64,000 nucleotides of DNA from Paraspadella gotoi (lineage: Eukaryota > Animalia > Chaetognatha). The stretch lies in contig CM119267.1 in NCBI GenBank assembly GCA_051294375.1, positions 13,339,081 through 13,403,080 of the forward strand, given 5' to 3'. Of the stretch, positions 1 through 12,577 are shown in pieces. Under the pieces are notes generated by a model. It saw nothing but the letters and a program-made list of their open reading frames with translations, was not told where the DNA came from and made no database searches. The stretch's first letter is position 1; each line of letters opens with the position of its first letter. Both the position numbers and the translations under genes were made by a program.

Positions 1-544
1 ATCAATCACGACTCGCTTACAGTCTATATTAGGTATTAACTTTCCTATCAAGATATAAAATGTTTTTATGCACTGTCGTAATTATATAAAACGAGCACCA
101 TAACATAAGTACGTTTTGTAAATAAATTTTCATACGGAGAAAATAGAAGAGATTAACTACTCGCTACGAAATTTAAAAATGTAACAAAGACGAAAACGAC
201 TACAAAGGGATCTGCGTTATTTACGAAAGCGGGCAAGGCGTGCGAAGCCATTTCTGCAACGCAATCTCGTTCTTTCCTTCCCACTATCATTTTCTTTTAA
301 CTTCGTCGTGAATCACGTGAATTCAAAACAAAATCAAAGATAAACAAATAAATAAAACTGGTGAGGGTCGCGTTGAAACGCGGGAATTCGAACGCGACGA
401 ATCAGCTGCCGAATAGCAGAATGAATAATTACTTATTGACTCATTGAGCATCTAAAAAGACTAAAGTATATACACATTATACACAATATTATTATATTAA
501 TATTATTATTATATTAAATTATTATACACATTATACACAATATA

Positions 545-1655
545 CAGGGTAGTGATTCAAAACTTAGAAAATCCGTATCACTTCTTTTTTTTTTTATTTA
601 ATAATAAAATTTAATTGAAGATACTTAATCAGACCTTGTTCTAACTATTAAAGCAATGCGCCAAGCACTACTGCAAAAACCACTCATGCCACAGGACCTG
701 AAAGAATCACAGCTGCTCTTCATAAACGCTTCTGAAAGATTGAGCCACAGTTTGTAGACTGTTTACCCCATGCCATTGATATTTTGGTTGAAAGTCATAT
801 GGGTCTCCCCCATTAAAACGCCCTACTTAGCACAGTTTAGGGGAATTAGATGTGGATATTATCAGGCCAGAAAATCATTCGGTCGAAAATTAAAATGTTG
901 CTGCAGCTGAAATCTTTATTTTTTTCAGCTGTATACAACAATGCCCTTCGTTACAGCCAGAAAAAATATAAGTAAGTATTTATCTTTCATCTGATGATGC
1001 AGTAGATTTCTTTAAGCAATTTACTTGATATTTCATACAGATAGTCCCAACTACATCAATATTGATTTCATAAGCTCTCAGAGATGGCACTCAACCAGAG
1101 TGGCCACTACAGTATGAACTTAAGAAAAAGAAGAAATTTTTACAGCATCTTAAAATTGCTAAAATAGGTCTTGTTAAACTGCGGCAGTTTAATGGCCATA
1201 GGATAGTAAAGATAAGATGTCCTAGTAAATATTTCTAAATGGAGTTCTTCATTTGCTCTCTTTAGAATTTTTCTTTCAGCATAGAAATGAGATACAAGCG
1301 TGCATATTGTTGGTTTTGGGTATGCTACAATTGCTATCTGCAGCATCCTTATCGACTCGGGCTTGAGCGCATGTTTTTCCGACATAGAATAGTAGTTATT
1401 ACTATTCTTAATAACTTTTTTAATAATTTAACATACTGCTAGGGAACATTAACATAATTAATAGTGGTTTTAAGCTCTAAACCAACCAATGTTGCATTCT
1501 TTTTATTAGCGCAGCGTATTGAAAAAGCAAGAAGAAAATAAAACCTATATCAGAAAGAGAAGATTATTTTAATGTATTATAAAAAGACATTCGATAACTT
1601 TTTGCCTATAAAATAGGTTGGTAAATACTATTCTAAGTTTTGATTCACTACCCTG
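545..1655. mobile_element. Non-autonomous Tc1/mariner-type DNA transposon (MITE-like)
   Basis: 25-bp TIRs CAGGGTAGTGATTCAAAACTTAGAA (545-569) and TTCTAAGTTTTGATTCACTACCCTG (1631-1655), 1 mismatch, flanked by TA on both sides. No transposase ORF inside. Confidence 0.85.
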
Positions 1656-1737
1656 TAAGTATCAAAGTATAATTACTATAACACCGTTAAAAAAACCAAT
1701 CAACCACAAAAAACTTGGTTGATAGTTAATACCTCAC

Positions 1738-1945
1738 CTAAGACGACGAGATTTGCTATGACGCCGAAGCCGTTGATGGCAGAGAGAGCCACGCCCCTCG
1801 TCCAAAACCGATAGCTCTCTCCGTAATCGTCGGTAGAAGCTGCGGTGCCGTTGCCATCGTAGTAATCGACGTATTCGTAGTACTCGTATTCGTAAGCCTC
1901 GTCGCCAGATGACTCCGACAGGGGGATCGCGGAAGAGGTCTCCAT
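1738..1945 (-). CDS. First coding exon of a class A GPCR (FMRFamide/peptide-receptor-like): N-terminus and TM1; the gene continues leftwards
   Basis: METSS...acidic Tyr-rich N-terminus with NGT sequon, then RFWTRGVALSAINGFGVIANLVVL (TM1 with GxxxN). The exon ends at the donor TAG|GTGAGG at 1737. Confidence 0.75.
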
Positions 1946-3934
1946 GACGACGGCGTCACGAAACCGTCGTCAGTGGGCGTGGCCGAGAAACCGACTCTCA
2001 GATCTATGAAATATTTTCATTCTGAGGGGGAAAGGAAACTGTGATAGAATCACATGACTTTTGAAGTAAAACTTGCGCTTGGGTGGGAGAAAAAAAAAGA
2101 ATCCTGAAATTAAGTAGGCCAAAATGTTCGATAATCTGTAAAGAATGTGCGAAAAAAAACGAGATCTTTCTGACGAACGAACGCGGTCACAAGAACTCCG
2201 AAAATGAGAAAAACATTTTGTACGATATTGCCAATATTGGAGTTGTAACATTTTTTCATACAGCGCGAGATAATTATTCGGTGAAAAGAAGAATTCTCGA
2301 AACAATTTGTTCTGAAATTGTTTATTTACATATTTATCGTCCGGGTTTTCCCAATTTATCTCTACATTCACATCTGAAGCCAATTTTGGATCTCTCTCCC
2401 GGGGATGTTTTGAGAGGGCTCGAAGATCAGCGCCTTTATTCGAAAAAAAAGTTATGGTAAAATTATTTCTGTTTTTCTCTGTCTCGGTCTGTCAGAATTT
2501 GAAGGTTTCGTGAAGGAGTTAAAATGTAAGAGAATGAGGAGAAAATCCATTTTAGCGTGTGACTTTGAAAAATAACTTTTTCGTCCCGATGGCGATGGAG
2601 CAAAATTTTGAAGGGAAAATTCGAGAAGCGCTACAATTTTTTAACTTTGTTATCGTAGTATTGAATGACTCATCTGTACACCGGAAACGTTTTTAAAAAC
2701 GCTTCGGTCAAATTATGGCGGAAGTTTAGTTTAAAAATGTTTGATTAAATTTTTATTTGGTTTTTTTAATAAAATTGTTGCCACTATGAATTCTACGATT
2801 CTCTGGAATTTAAATTTTAAAATTTTAAATTAATCGATAGGAGCTTCGCCAGTTTCCCGTTTAGTCCCGTTTTATCCGTGTTTTTCCTTATTTGGGTCGA
2901 ACGGCTTCCTTCTCCCTTCGGTGCCATGATTTATCGTCGACGGAGAGAGAGTCGCGCCGGTCTAACGGCTTCCGGCGACGCCTACACAAATACCACGCGT
3001 TTCCGCGCCAACGCTTATGCGATTGCGCGCCAACACCAATGCCCAGCTGTTTTCGCACCAACGCCCATAGAATTGCGTGCCAAAGTCACGCTTGATTGAG
3101 AGCAAACGTCCATTTGATTCAAAAGCGAAAAGCCACGTGCGTGAATCCCTCCTATCAGATTACAAATTCAACTTTTATAACTTTAATAACTGTTAAATTT
3201 ATATACACATTTCCATATCTTTGGATTTTCGAAAAAAAATTTATCACTGTTTGAATTTTTTAGAGTGACATCGAAATAAAAAGTCTAGTTCATCCCTAAA
3301 GATTTTTTGTCCCAAACCCAACGTTCTCGTTCGGTCCGCTGTTTGTAATCGTACGACTGTTTTGCTTGTTTTTAATGCTTCCCCGAGGTCGTTCTGGCGC
3401 GGCGACCGTTCTCGAAAATGTCAGGATGCAGCGTCAGCAGAAAAAACGACCCAAAGATAAGTAGCGGCGGAAACCCTTTCGTTTTTAGTTTTTCAATGGA
3501 GTGAATTTCTGGATTACCAATAATGCGGAGTCCAATTACGAACCAGTTGTTTGTTTCATTACATCGTATACTATGATACACTGAAAGACGATTCGAAATA
3601 TAAGCTTTACGTATTTATAACATGTATAATATATATTGTATATTGTATAATGAACCAGAATTGTTAGTTTCTCGCCAATGTTTATAACAAAGCCAAAGGA
3701 AGATGCCAATTCGAAAACAAGAGCAGATTCGTAACCGATGAAAGATCGAGTTTCGCGCAGGTTTTTAATTCATCCGATCGAAAGATGAAAGCTCAACTGA
3801 ATCTTTGAAGGAATTAAAAAAATTGTTTCGAGTTTTATTTCGGCGAATTCGATCTTTGAAAACACAACATACAACCGACCGGTTGTCGGGTGATGGATTC
3901 TCCATGAAACAAGTGTCTACTGGGGATCGAGGTC

Positions 3935-3935
<1 letters not shown>

Positions 3936-3995
<60 letters not shown>

Positions 3996-3999
3996 GAGA
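3936..3999. repeat. (GA)n microsatellite
   Basis: Visible directly. Similar tracts lie near 10043, 19359, 21010-21170, 21468, 23335, 27467, 43705 and 49160. Confidence 0.95.
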
Positions 4000-5264
4000 A
4001 AATTGTGAATTGTTTATGCAGACCATGTCGTAAGAAAGTAAAACTATGCGATTAAAAGCTTAGTCGACGAGAATAATAAAACGAAGGCAGATGCTGAACC
4101 ATTACCAAGCATCAAAACAAACTCGACAGGTAAGCTTTGAAAAACCCACACGCAAGAAAAAACTAACGTAAGAAGAAGCAAAAAAAAAGGGACCCTGGAA
4201 ACTGCGCACGAATCGCCCAGGAGGAATAACGGATTGCATTGTCTAGTCCATTTTTTAAAGATGAAGTACGTTGTTGTTTTTTTTAACTTTTCTTTTCTTT
4301 TTTGTCAAGATTTCAAAGAACGTGTTTCTATGCCGATGAATTGTAGGATATCTTTGCTCAAAGAAGTGAAAAGACGAAGACAGACCTCGGCGGCAGAAAT
4401 GAGAATTGGTTCCACTGGTGCGGAAAAAAATGGGAAAAGAGATACAAAAGATATTCATGGAATGGGAAAGTGGATTATGTTGAAGAGGAAGAGGAAGAGG
4501 AGTTAAGATGAGGAGAAACAGAGGAAAAAGAAAAAAGATTTCTTTTGAAAAGGATCTGGAAGAAGAGTTGTGCAAAGATGGCGAAACTCTCAAATTAAAT
4601 ACAAATCTAACTTTACATTAATTTTAAAACTAAGTTTTTGTTGACCAAACGAAAAGGACCAAACCGTTAGGTGGAAATGAATTTTTAATAATTTATCAAA
4701 GAAGAGCAACTATTAAAAAATATAATGAGAGAAAATTTATCACGATTTTTTGGTTAAAAAATTTCGAATAAAAAAAAAAATCTCAAATCGGCTGATTAAT
4801 AATCAGTGATTATGTTATAATTTGGATGGAAGGATTAGACAACGGATGACAGATGAAGCGCGCGATGGAGAGCTAGTTGTTTTTGTTATACTGTCATCAA
4901 TTAAATAGATAACGTTAAAAAAATCACCCACACGGGTTAATAATAATCGTAATAATTAAATGAGAATATTAATGCTGGTTTATGAGATCGAAATTCAACA
5001 AAACCGGCCAGAAAAAAACTGTTTCGTGGAGAGGGAGGGGGGAAGAGGAGAAAATATTCTACAACGGAGTAAAACAACTTTTTGAATTTTGTTTTCAAAT
5101 TTGAGACAGAAAAAACTGGATGGAATCAAAGAGTTTGAAAAGATTGAGCAATCGTACTTTCGGAGGTTGGTAATTTTTTTGTAGTTTTGCAAATATATAT
5201 ATATATTTATATATCAACGCACATATAAATACTATGTCGTGCATACGTACACAGAAACGTAATA

Positions 5265-5839
5265 TTAGAATATGGAGTGATTAAGCGTGCAGTTGTATTT
5301 GCGACAATAATTGCACTGAGTCTCGTAATACATCGTCAGACTAAGGTCTTTTCCTTTTCCCCCCGGCGTCGCGTTTTGAACGTCGATCCCTTCGTCCTCT
5401 TCCGAGATGGCGCGCACCAGCGTAGACGGCGTCGTCGGCGTCACCGGCGTCGTCGTCGCCGAAGAGTCGAGCGGCGGCGCCGTTTCGTCTTCTTCTTCGT
5501 CGTCGTCGTCGCCGATGGGGTCGGAGGTGGGCGAGGTGCACGCTGACCACGATTTCTTTTTTTTCTCGATCTCGCAGATGAGACGAGAGGTCAACGTCAT
5601 GTGAGGATCGAGATCGTCGAGAGAATCTTGAGTCTTGTCCACGTCGGGGATGTTGATACCGTCGAGGAGCGGGTTGAGCGGCGGGGGCGGGGAGGCCGAT
5701 TCCTCGCCGGAGGACGGTGGGTTCTCGTCCGTGGGCGAGGAGGCGGCGAGGGGGGTCTCGCAGGAGGAAGAGGAGGAGCTACTGAAGAAGCTAAAGGGGA
5801 GTTTCATGCCCTTTTTCTTTTTGGAGACACCATCACCGC
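5265..5839 (-). CDS. Large acidic disordered motif-repeat protein, exon 14 (probably terminal)
   Basis: Pyrimidine tract plus CCAG acceptor at 5840, phase 1, GGDGVSKKKKGMKLPFSFF..., in frame with ORF 5265..5807. The exact 3' end is uncertain. Confidence 0.75.
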
Positions 5840-6276
5840 CTGGCGAGATAAGAGAAAGAGAGAGGAGAGAGAGAGAGAGAGAGAGGAAAGGGAGAGGAAA
5901 TAAAAGGAAAAGAAGGAAAAGAATCGATTATATATGACCGAGTAATTAATTTTATTTTTTGATTCGGAGAGATTATTAATCATTAGGGATCAGGTGGAGG
6001 TTTGGAGAAGAAAGCCTAAAGTGACGATCGATAGTATGGCTATGATTCCGACTACGCTGTACAAAACGAGCTCTACTCTATTATAAAAATAATTCCGGGA
6101 ACAATTTTGTTTTTTAAAGGAGAAGGGAAGGGAAAAAGAACATAAATTAAGTTTCAGTAATATACTTCTAAACAGCATGCAACGTGCAAACAAAAATGCT
6201 AAATAAAAATAAACTATTCTTGTTAATAAAATTAAACTTACATTTTATACAAGTTGAACTAAATATCTAAGATTAC

Positions 6277-8142
6277 CTACGATTCTATTAGCCATATCCT
6301 TGCCTGATTTGGTCGCTTCGTCTTCGGACACGACGCCCGCTTTGTCCGACTCTTTTCCCGACTCGTCGTCGTCGGCAGCGTCGTCCGAATCTCCGTTGCT
6401 TCTCTTCTTCGACTTTGAAGAGAGGTAAGGAAGCTTCAAGTGGAAGGCGCGTTTTTTGTCGGCGACGACCTCCTTAGGCGCCGAGTCCGATTCGGACTTT
6501 TCCGCCTCCGTCTCAGTGTCCGGCGATTTTCTTCCGGCGTCTTCCGGAGCCGAGTCGGCCTCGTACGGCTTGTCGACCTCGGTTTCGTCGTCGGCGACGT
6601 CACCGTTCATCGTCGTCTTCGTCGTCGGCGGCGGCGGCGTCTTGTCTTTTCTAGAGAAGAGTTTCATGGATGGCATCTTGACTTGAAATTGTTTTTTGAC
6701 TTTCGGGTGTTCCTCCGGCGAAGATGCTTCGTCCGGAGATCCTAGTCGATCCCCGCTTTCGTCCGAGTCTTTCACGTCGAAGGTGACTTTCTTTTCCGTC
6801 TGCACCGTCTCCACGATTTCCGCTTGGACTGGCTCTTCGACGGCAGAAGGAATGATTTCGTCGAAATCCTCGTGCGCCGGCTCGACGACCTCCTGTTCAT
6901 CCTCGTCGACGAGGTCGTCCACGATTGGGCGAACCTCTTCGTCGGCAGCCAAATCCTCCTCCTCTGCCTTCGCGGGAATCGACTTCTCGATGCTGACCTC
7001 GAATTCCGTCGTCACCGTCGAGTCTTCGTCGGCGTCCGTCTTGTCCTCGAAGACGAGGTGCACTTCCTTGGAGATCGTTTCGACGGGCGGCTGCGAGGGC
7101 GGATCGGTGACGGACGGCTTCCTCACCGCCAGCGTCGGAATGTGAAAGGAGAACCCAGGCTTTTGATTTTCTTTGGCCTGTTTCTCCTCGTCCGGCTTTT
7201 CCTTCGAAGCCTGTTTCTTCTTCTCTTTCTCCGCCTGATTCTTCTTGTCTTTCTTCGACTTTGGAAGATGAAACTTGAGGGCGAACTTGGAGGAAGACGG
7301 CGATGCGGCGCTGACTTCTTCCGCGGGGCTGACTTCCTCGGAGGCGCTGACTTGCTCCGCGGCGCTGAATTCCTCGGAGGCGCTGACTTCCTCGGCGGCG
7401 TTAACTTCTTCGGCGACGTTAACTTCCTCGGCGGCGTTAACTGCTTCGGCGACGGATTCTTCGCAATGAGAGACGACGGGCGCTTCGGTCTTTTCTTTTG
7501 CATCGATGGGTTGGGGCTGCTGCGACTGCTGTTCCTTCTCGTCGATATTTTTCTCAGCCAGGACTTTGGCTTCAACTTTTTCCACCTCGACGTCTTCGAC
7601 GACCGACTCCGCCTTGACCTTCTCGCTCCCCTTTCTCTTAAAAGTCGGCGCGGTGAAGGATATCGATGATTTGCTGGAAGACTCGGAGACCTCGTAAGAC
7701 TTTTTCGTTGGCAGATGAAACTTCATCTTGAATCGCGTCGTCTTCTTCGTTCGTTCGCTGGCGGGAGATTCGGCGGCGACGGCTTCGTCGATGTCTGCCA
7801 CGACGTCGCCCGCCGCTTCAACCGTCGTCTCCGTCATCGTCACCACGCTCGACTCGACCTCCTCCGTCCGTTCGACTCGCAGCGTTTCGACGATGACATC
7901 ATAACCGGCTTTTTCTTTTACTTTCTTCTCCTCCTCCTTTTCCTCCTTCACTTCCTCCTCATCGATCTCGGAATCGTGCTCGACCAGTTTCGGCGATTCG
8001 TTATCCCCGTTATTGCGTCCGATCGAAGCAGCTCGATCCTGGGATTTCGTCTGTGCGTCAACCTCGCGTGCTTCGACGAGTAGCGATTCGGGCTCAGTTT
8101 CGTCTCTATCTTGGCCGCTCGATGTCACGATGACTTTGGATT
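6277..8142 (-). CDS. Large acidic disordered motif-repeat protein, exon 13
   Basis: 1866-nt phase 1-1 exon inside the 665-aa ORF. Acceptor TCTCCAG at 8143, donor G|GTAATC at 6276 (a GC donor near 6303 is an alternative). Confidence 0.85.
7308..7450 (-). repeat. Coding 18-bp tandem repeat (about 8 units, [AV][AS]EEV[NS])
   Basis: AVNAAEEVNVAEEVNAAEEVSASEEFSAAEQVSASEEVSPAEEVSAAS in the translation. Confidence 0.9.
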
Positions 8143-8391
8143 CTGGAGAAAGTCGAAAAATACGTTTTGGAATCGATTTAAATAAAAGGAAAAAAATGAA
8201 GTAAACTTTTTTTTTAATCGAACTTCGTCTAAATTTAAGCATTTATTTTCCAATACTCAGAAATATCAATTTTGCCATCCGATTCCCTAATAATTATATT
8301 GCGTGATTTGAAATTTATAACTGAAAACTAAAACTGCTGAAACTAATTACTAAAAAGGAAATACTTATCGATCAGTTTCTGTTACACGGAC

Positions 8392-8481
8392 CTGTTTCGG
8401 GTTTGTCAAGTTTAAGCTGAATTTTTGGCAAATGAAATTGAAACCTTGCTTTCTTTTCGCTTCCGTTCGAAAATTCTTCGT
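8392..8481 (-). CDS. Large acidic disordered motif-repeat protein, exon 12 (90 nt)
   Basis: CAG|AC GAA GAA...DEEFSNGSEKKARFQFHLPKIQLKLDKPET G|GT. Phase 1-1 and carries the family motif; too short for the ORF track. Confidence 0.8.
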
Positions 8482-8705
8482 CTGCGTTAAAAAAAAAATT
8501 AATAAATTTCTTTAAATGTCATCGTATACCATTTAATTCTTAAATTGCGATACTATTTTACGGTAAACACCGGTTTTTGCCTTCGGCGCTCCAATGATCT
8601 TTAAGTTTAAACAAACGTCCACACGTACACACGTTACAAGCGCGACAATTACTAATTGAATTAGTGGATCTTTTCGATTTTTGAAAAAGAAAAAAAAATT
8701 AAAAC

Positions 8706-9102
8706 CCACCAAAGCCTGTCCAAAGTCAGGGGCAAGATAGCTTATTTATTAAATGAATGGATAATTGGTTGTACCAATTTCATAAAATTCAGCTCCTTGT
8801 ATTTTGATGCTAGTGCGGAGTACAATAAGTATTCCCCGATCGAATACTTAAGGGAGTGGTCTTTTCATACAATTGAAACGTTCTTTGAAATATTATACCA
8901 CTTCATTGATAGGGAAGCCAGGTACTCTGGGAGTGAATAAACGAGTCTTGATTGAAAGCTTGAAGGGACCTGCTATGTCATTATCTTGTAAGAGTGATGG
9001 AGGCCTTAACCACCAAAGCCTGTCCAAAGTCAGGGGCAAGATAGCTTATTTATTAAATGAATGGATAATTTTTATATTTGTTGTAAACAATTTCATTAAA
9101 AT
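8706..9102 (+). mobile_element. Unclassified interspersed repeat with ~85-bp terminal direct repeats
   Basis: CCACCAAAGCCTGTCCAAAGTCAGGGGCAAGATAGC... at 8706 and 9010. The same arrangement occurs reversed at 49744-50062. Confidence 0.75.
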
Positions 9103-10040
9103 GAAAAATAAAAGAAATAATGAATAAAATAAAAGGGGAAAAATTAAAATTTTAAAGAAAGGAAAAAACTTTCAAAAATAAATTTCTATTCTCATCTAAA
9201 TGATATTAAATTCAAATAATTTTGTGCTTAACTCATTGATCCACGAAATGCGAGATTATGAGGAGAGGAGAGAGGGAGAGACTTAGTTTTTCCTTAAAAA
9301 TTTCTAAGTCTCTCTCTTCCTCCTCCCCGCCTCCTCGCGCTCTCATCGTTATATAAATATTATATATATATACAGTCCTGTGGAAAAAAAGATGAACACC
9401 CAAAAACATTATGAAAATAAATAAAGTTAGATTCCTTTAAAATGAAAGATATTATAAGTGAATAATATTTATGGAAAAAAGAACTATTGGTATGAATTTA
9501 GTTAATCCGTTTAAATTAAATTAAATTCCGTTACGAAGCAGTGATTTTGTAAAAGTAATTACTCAGTTACAACTACTCAAACAGAATGTTAGAGCAAAAA
9601 AAATTTAAGTATTTTTAACCTCTTGTATTTAAGATGCTGTTGCTCTCGAATGACTGGACCAATTTATTTTTAAGTTACACATATGATTTCCTCTTTCAAA
9701 AGTCCTTATTTCTCATTCATAATTTTTTTAAAAAACAGAACTACAATGCCCATAAATTAAGGTTAAAAATATTTTTGATTTTTGGTAGATCTTTAAAAAT
9801 GTTTTTTTTTTAAGCGACTAAAATGACAAATTTTTTTTGACGATTTGTCTTTCAGAATGTATGGACCGATTTTATTTTAACTTATACATATGGATTTTTT
9901 ATTTAAAATCTACGAATGGCCTACTGCAAAAATTAAATAGCATAAAATTGATTTTTTTTACAAATTAATGTTGACTGATGGTATGTTGTTCATAATTGAC
10001 TTTTAGAATTTTCGTACATAACTTTCACTAAGCTTTACTG

Positions 10041-10079
<39 letters not shown>

Positions 10080-10080
<1 letters not shown>

Positions 10081-10577
10081 TGTGCAAGAATCCTCCTTCG
10101 GAGATTCCGTTTCTTTCCATTTCGGTTTCGGAATTTTGAATCGAAATTTCTTCTCCTTCTTTTCCTTCGTCTTCCCCGAACTCTCCTCGATGCTGTCGTC
10201 GTCGACGTCGTCGTCCTTCCCGTCGGCGAGGTCAGCGCAGGCCTTCTCGACGACCCACTCCGCGTAGCTCTCCACCAGGTCCACCACTTTGGCCTCATCC
10301 ATCGCGACCTCTTCCGGCGCTGGGCTAGCATCGGCGGACTCGGCGCCTTTGGGCGTGACTCCCACTTCCGGTCGAGCGACGTCCTTCTCTACTTCCTCTT
10401 CGGTCTCTGGTAAAATGAGGATCTCGTCCGCGGAGACGATTACCCTCATGTCCGCGGTGGGCGTGGGCGTCATGTCCGAGGAGACGAAGAGCGTCATGTC
10501 TGCGGTTGGCGTTGGCGTCTCAGCCGATTGATTGACAAGCGTCACGTCGGGCTCTACCGTATTTTCGAGATCCAGTT
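10080..10577 (-). CDS. Large acidic disordered motif-repeat protein, exon 11
   Basis: 498 nt, phase 1-1, TAG acceptor 10578, GT donor 10079; contains KKFRFKIPKPKW. Confidence 0.8.
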
Positions 10578-10617
10578 CTATAAAGAGGAATAAAGGAATT
10601 AATAAACGACGAAGTAA

Positions 10618-10746
10618 CCACTAGCGCGGTTACCCTTGGACGGTCTCGCTGGAACACAACGCTTGGGATGGTGTGTTCCCCCTCTGAGGCAATGGAATTG
10701 GCTGAATGAGGGTGGACGTGAGGCGGTGTCAATATACCGCCAAAAC
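10618..10746 (-). mobile_element. Truncated, internally deleted copy of the 5S-like LTR/SINE-type repeat
   Basis: Shares GGCGGTATATT.ACACCGCCTCACGTC, CAGCCAATTCCATTG and GCGAGACCGTCC.AGGGTAACCGCGC with 12578-12846. Confidence 0.75.
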
Positions 10747-10774
10747 GTAATCATTAACGTCTCGGTAAACTGAC

Positions 10775-11014
10775 CCTTTTTCGCGGGTTTCTTCTTCATA
10801 AACTTGGGCAAAAGTGATTTCTTCTTTTTGTGTTTGGACGGAGTTCCCGACGTCGTCGTCGTCGTCTCGTCCTCTTCATCCGCTCCCACGCGACACGGTT
10901 CTTCTGTCGAAGCGGCGGAGGAATCCACGGCAGCGTCTGCGGCGTCGGCGGCATCGACATCGACAGATGATTCGGCGGCTTGGCGGAGTTCTTCCTCCGT
11001 GACTAGGACCAGAT
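10775..11014 (-). CDS. Large acidic disordered motif-repeat protein, exon 10
   Basis: 240 nt, phase 1-1, CAG acceptor 11015, donor G|GTCAGT; contains KKKSLLPKFMKK. Confidence 0.8.
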
Positions 11015-11162
11015 CTGCGTGGAAAGAAGGTCAAGTGTTTTAATTATTAAACAAATGATTTGAGAATTAGATAATTAAATTATTATTATATTATAGTATT
11101 GATTGTAAGAATAAGATTATTTTCTGACAAGGAATTTACGTGATCGATCACAAGATAATCAC

Positions 11163-11411
11163 CTTTCGCTTTGTCCCCGCTTCCGAACGAAGGTAGACGA
11201 AATTTGGGAAGTTTGAAGGCGATTTCCTTCTTGAGCTGCTCATCTCGGTCGTCGACGACATACTGAGCGAGATCGTCCTTTTCAACGTCCTCATCCTTGA
11301 CGGAGTCTTCTTCCAGATCGACGGAGGCGTCGGTGGAGCTCTCCTCGGCGTCCACTCCGGCCGCATCCGCTTCTGAAGTCTCTCTGGATTTGGAGGAGAC
11401 GTCGGGAACGT
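11163..11411 (-). CDS. Large acidic disordered motif-repeat protein, exon 9
   Basis: 249 nt, phase 1-1; contains EIAFKLPKFRLPSF. Confidence 0.8.
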
Positions 11412-11485
11412 CTGGAGAAGAAATGGGGAAGGTCGCTCGTTTAGAGGCTCTAGGTAGGATTAGGTTGGATTCCTTCTTCACTCAC

Positions 11486-11638
11486 CTTCTTCCTTGAGCG
11501 CCTTTTTGTGGACCGTGATGGAGGGAAGCTTGAATTCGAAATGACCCTTTTTCTGACTTCCGGATTTTTGCGATTCGCTGACCGTCGGTTTATCCGATAT
11601 GGACGTCTGCTTGGGAGTTCCTGACTTTTCCGTCTCGT
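11486..11638 (-). CDS. Large acidic disordered motif-repeat protein, exon 8
   Basis: 153 nt, TTTTCAG acceptor, G|GTGAGT donor; DETEKSGTPK...GHFEFKLPSITV. Confidence 0.8.
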
Positions 11639-11816
11639 CTGAAAATAGAAGATGGGAACGGACGATTAGAAAATAAAATTACATCTGCAATCTTTCCAAA
11701 AAAACGTTCATCAAAAACTAAATATGCCATTTATTAGAATAATTTCTCTATTTTATAAACGCTCTGCAGATATTTTTAACCACTCTTCCAAAAGCCATCG
11801 ATCCGTTTGTATGTAC

Positions 11817-12083
11817 CTTCTTTCGATTGCTTTCCCTTGATAGAGAGCAGCGTGATTTTCGGAAGAGCGAAGTGTTTTCCCAATTTCGCTTCCTTCGGCG
11901 AACGATGCTCAACTTTATCGTCCTCTTTTTCTTTCGATTCTTCTTCCGCCTCGCGATGCGTCTCCTCGTCAGACATTGCGACGGGTTCCGTCGTCGCTTC
12001 GACGGAGGCTTCGACGACGGCTTCCGGCGCGAGGACTTCGACGGCGTCCTCGCCATCTTCCGGAGCCGATTCCTCTTTGTCCT
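11817..12083 (-). CDS. Large acidic disordered motif-repeat protein, exon 7
   Basis: 267 nt, phase 1-1; contains GKHFALPKITL. Confidence 0.8.
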
Positions 12084-12166
12084 CTGCGGGAGTGACAATA
12101 AAATTTAATTAATTATCTAATATTTTTTTTAAAACCTTACTACTGAGATAAAATGTTAGTCCTCAC

Positions 12167-12520
12167 CATTTTTGCCGCCTTTGACTTTGACGGTCGGCAT
12201 TTGAAATGTTGGCATCTTGAAGCGGAACTTCTTCTCGATAGATTTGCTGCTTTTGTCCGTGGAAAGCGGAGCCTCAGAAGTTTCTTCCGTCTCTTCTCCT
12301 CTTTCCTCCCTTTCTTCCTCGGTTGTCTCTGCCTCCACTTCCGCTTTCTCAGTCTTCACAGCCACGACGGCCACGGATTCTATTATTCGCTCCGCTGCAA
12401 CCGCTGGCTCCGACTGCGGTGTCACATCCGGTTCAGGAACTTCCGATTCACCATTCGCTTCCGGTTCCTCTTTAATTTCCGTCTCCTCTTTGACTTCGTC
12501 TGGCTCCTCGGAACTCGAGT
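12167..12520 (-). CDS. Large acidic disordered motif-repeat protein, exon 6
   Basis: 354 nt, phase 1-1, G|GTGAGG donor; contains KKFRFKMPTFQMPTV. Confidence 0.82.
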
Positions 12521-12577
12521 CTGTTAAAACAAAAACATAAAAGTCAATTATTGCTTCAAAACAAAACAAAAATGAAC

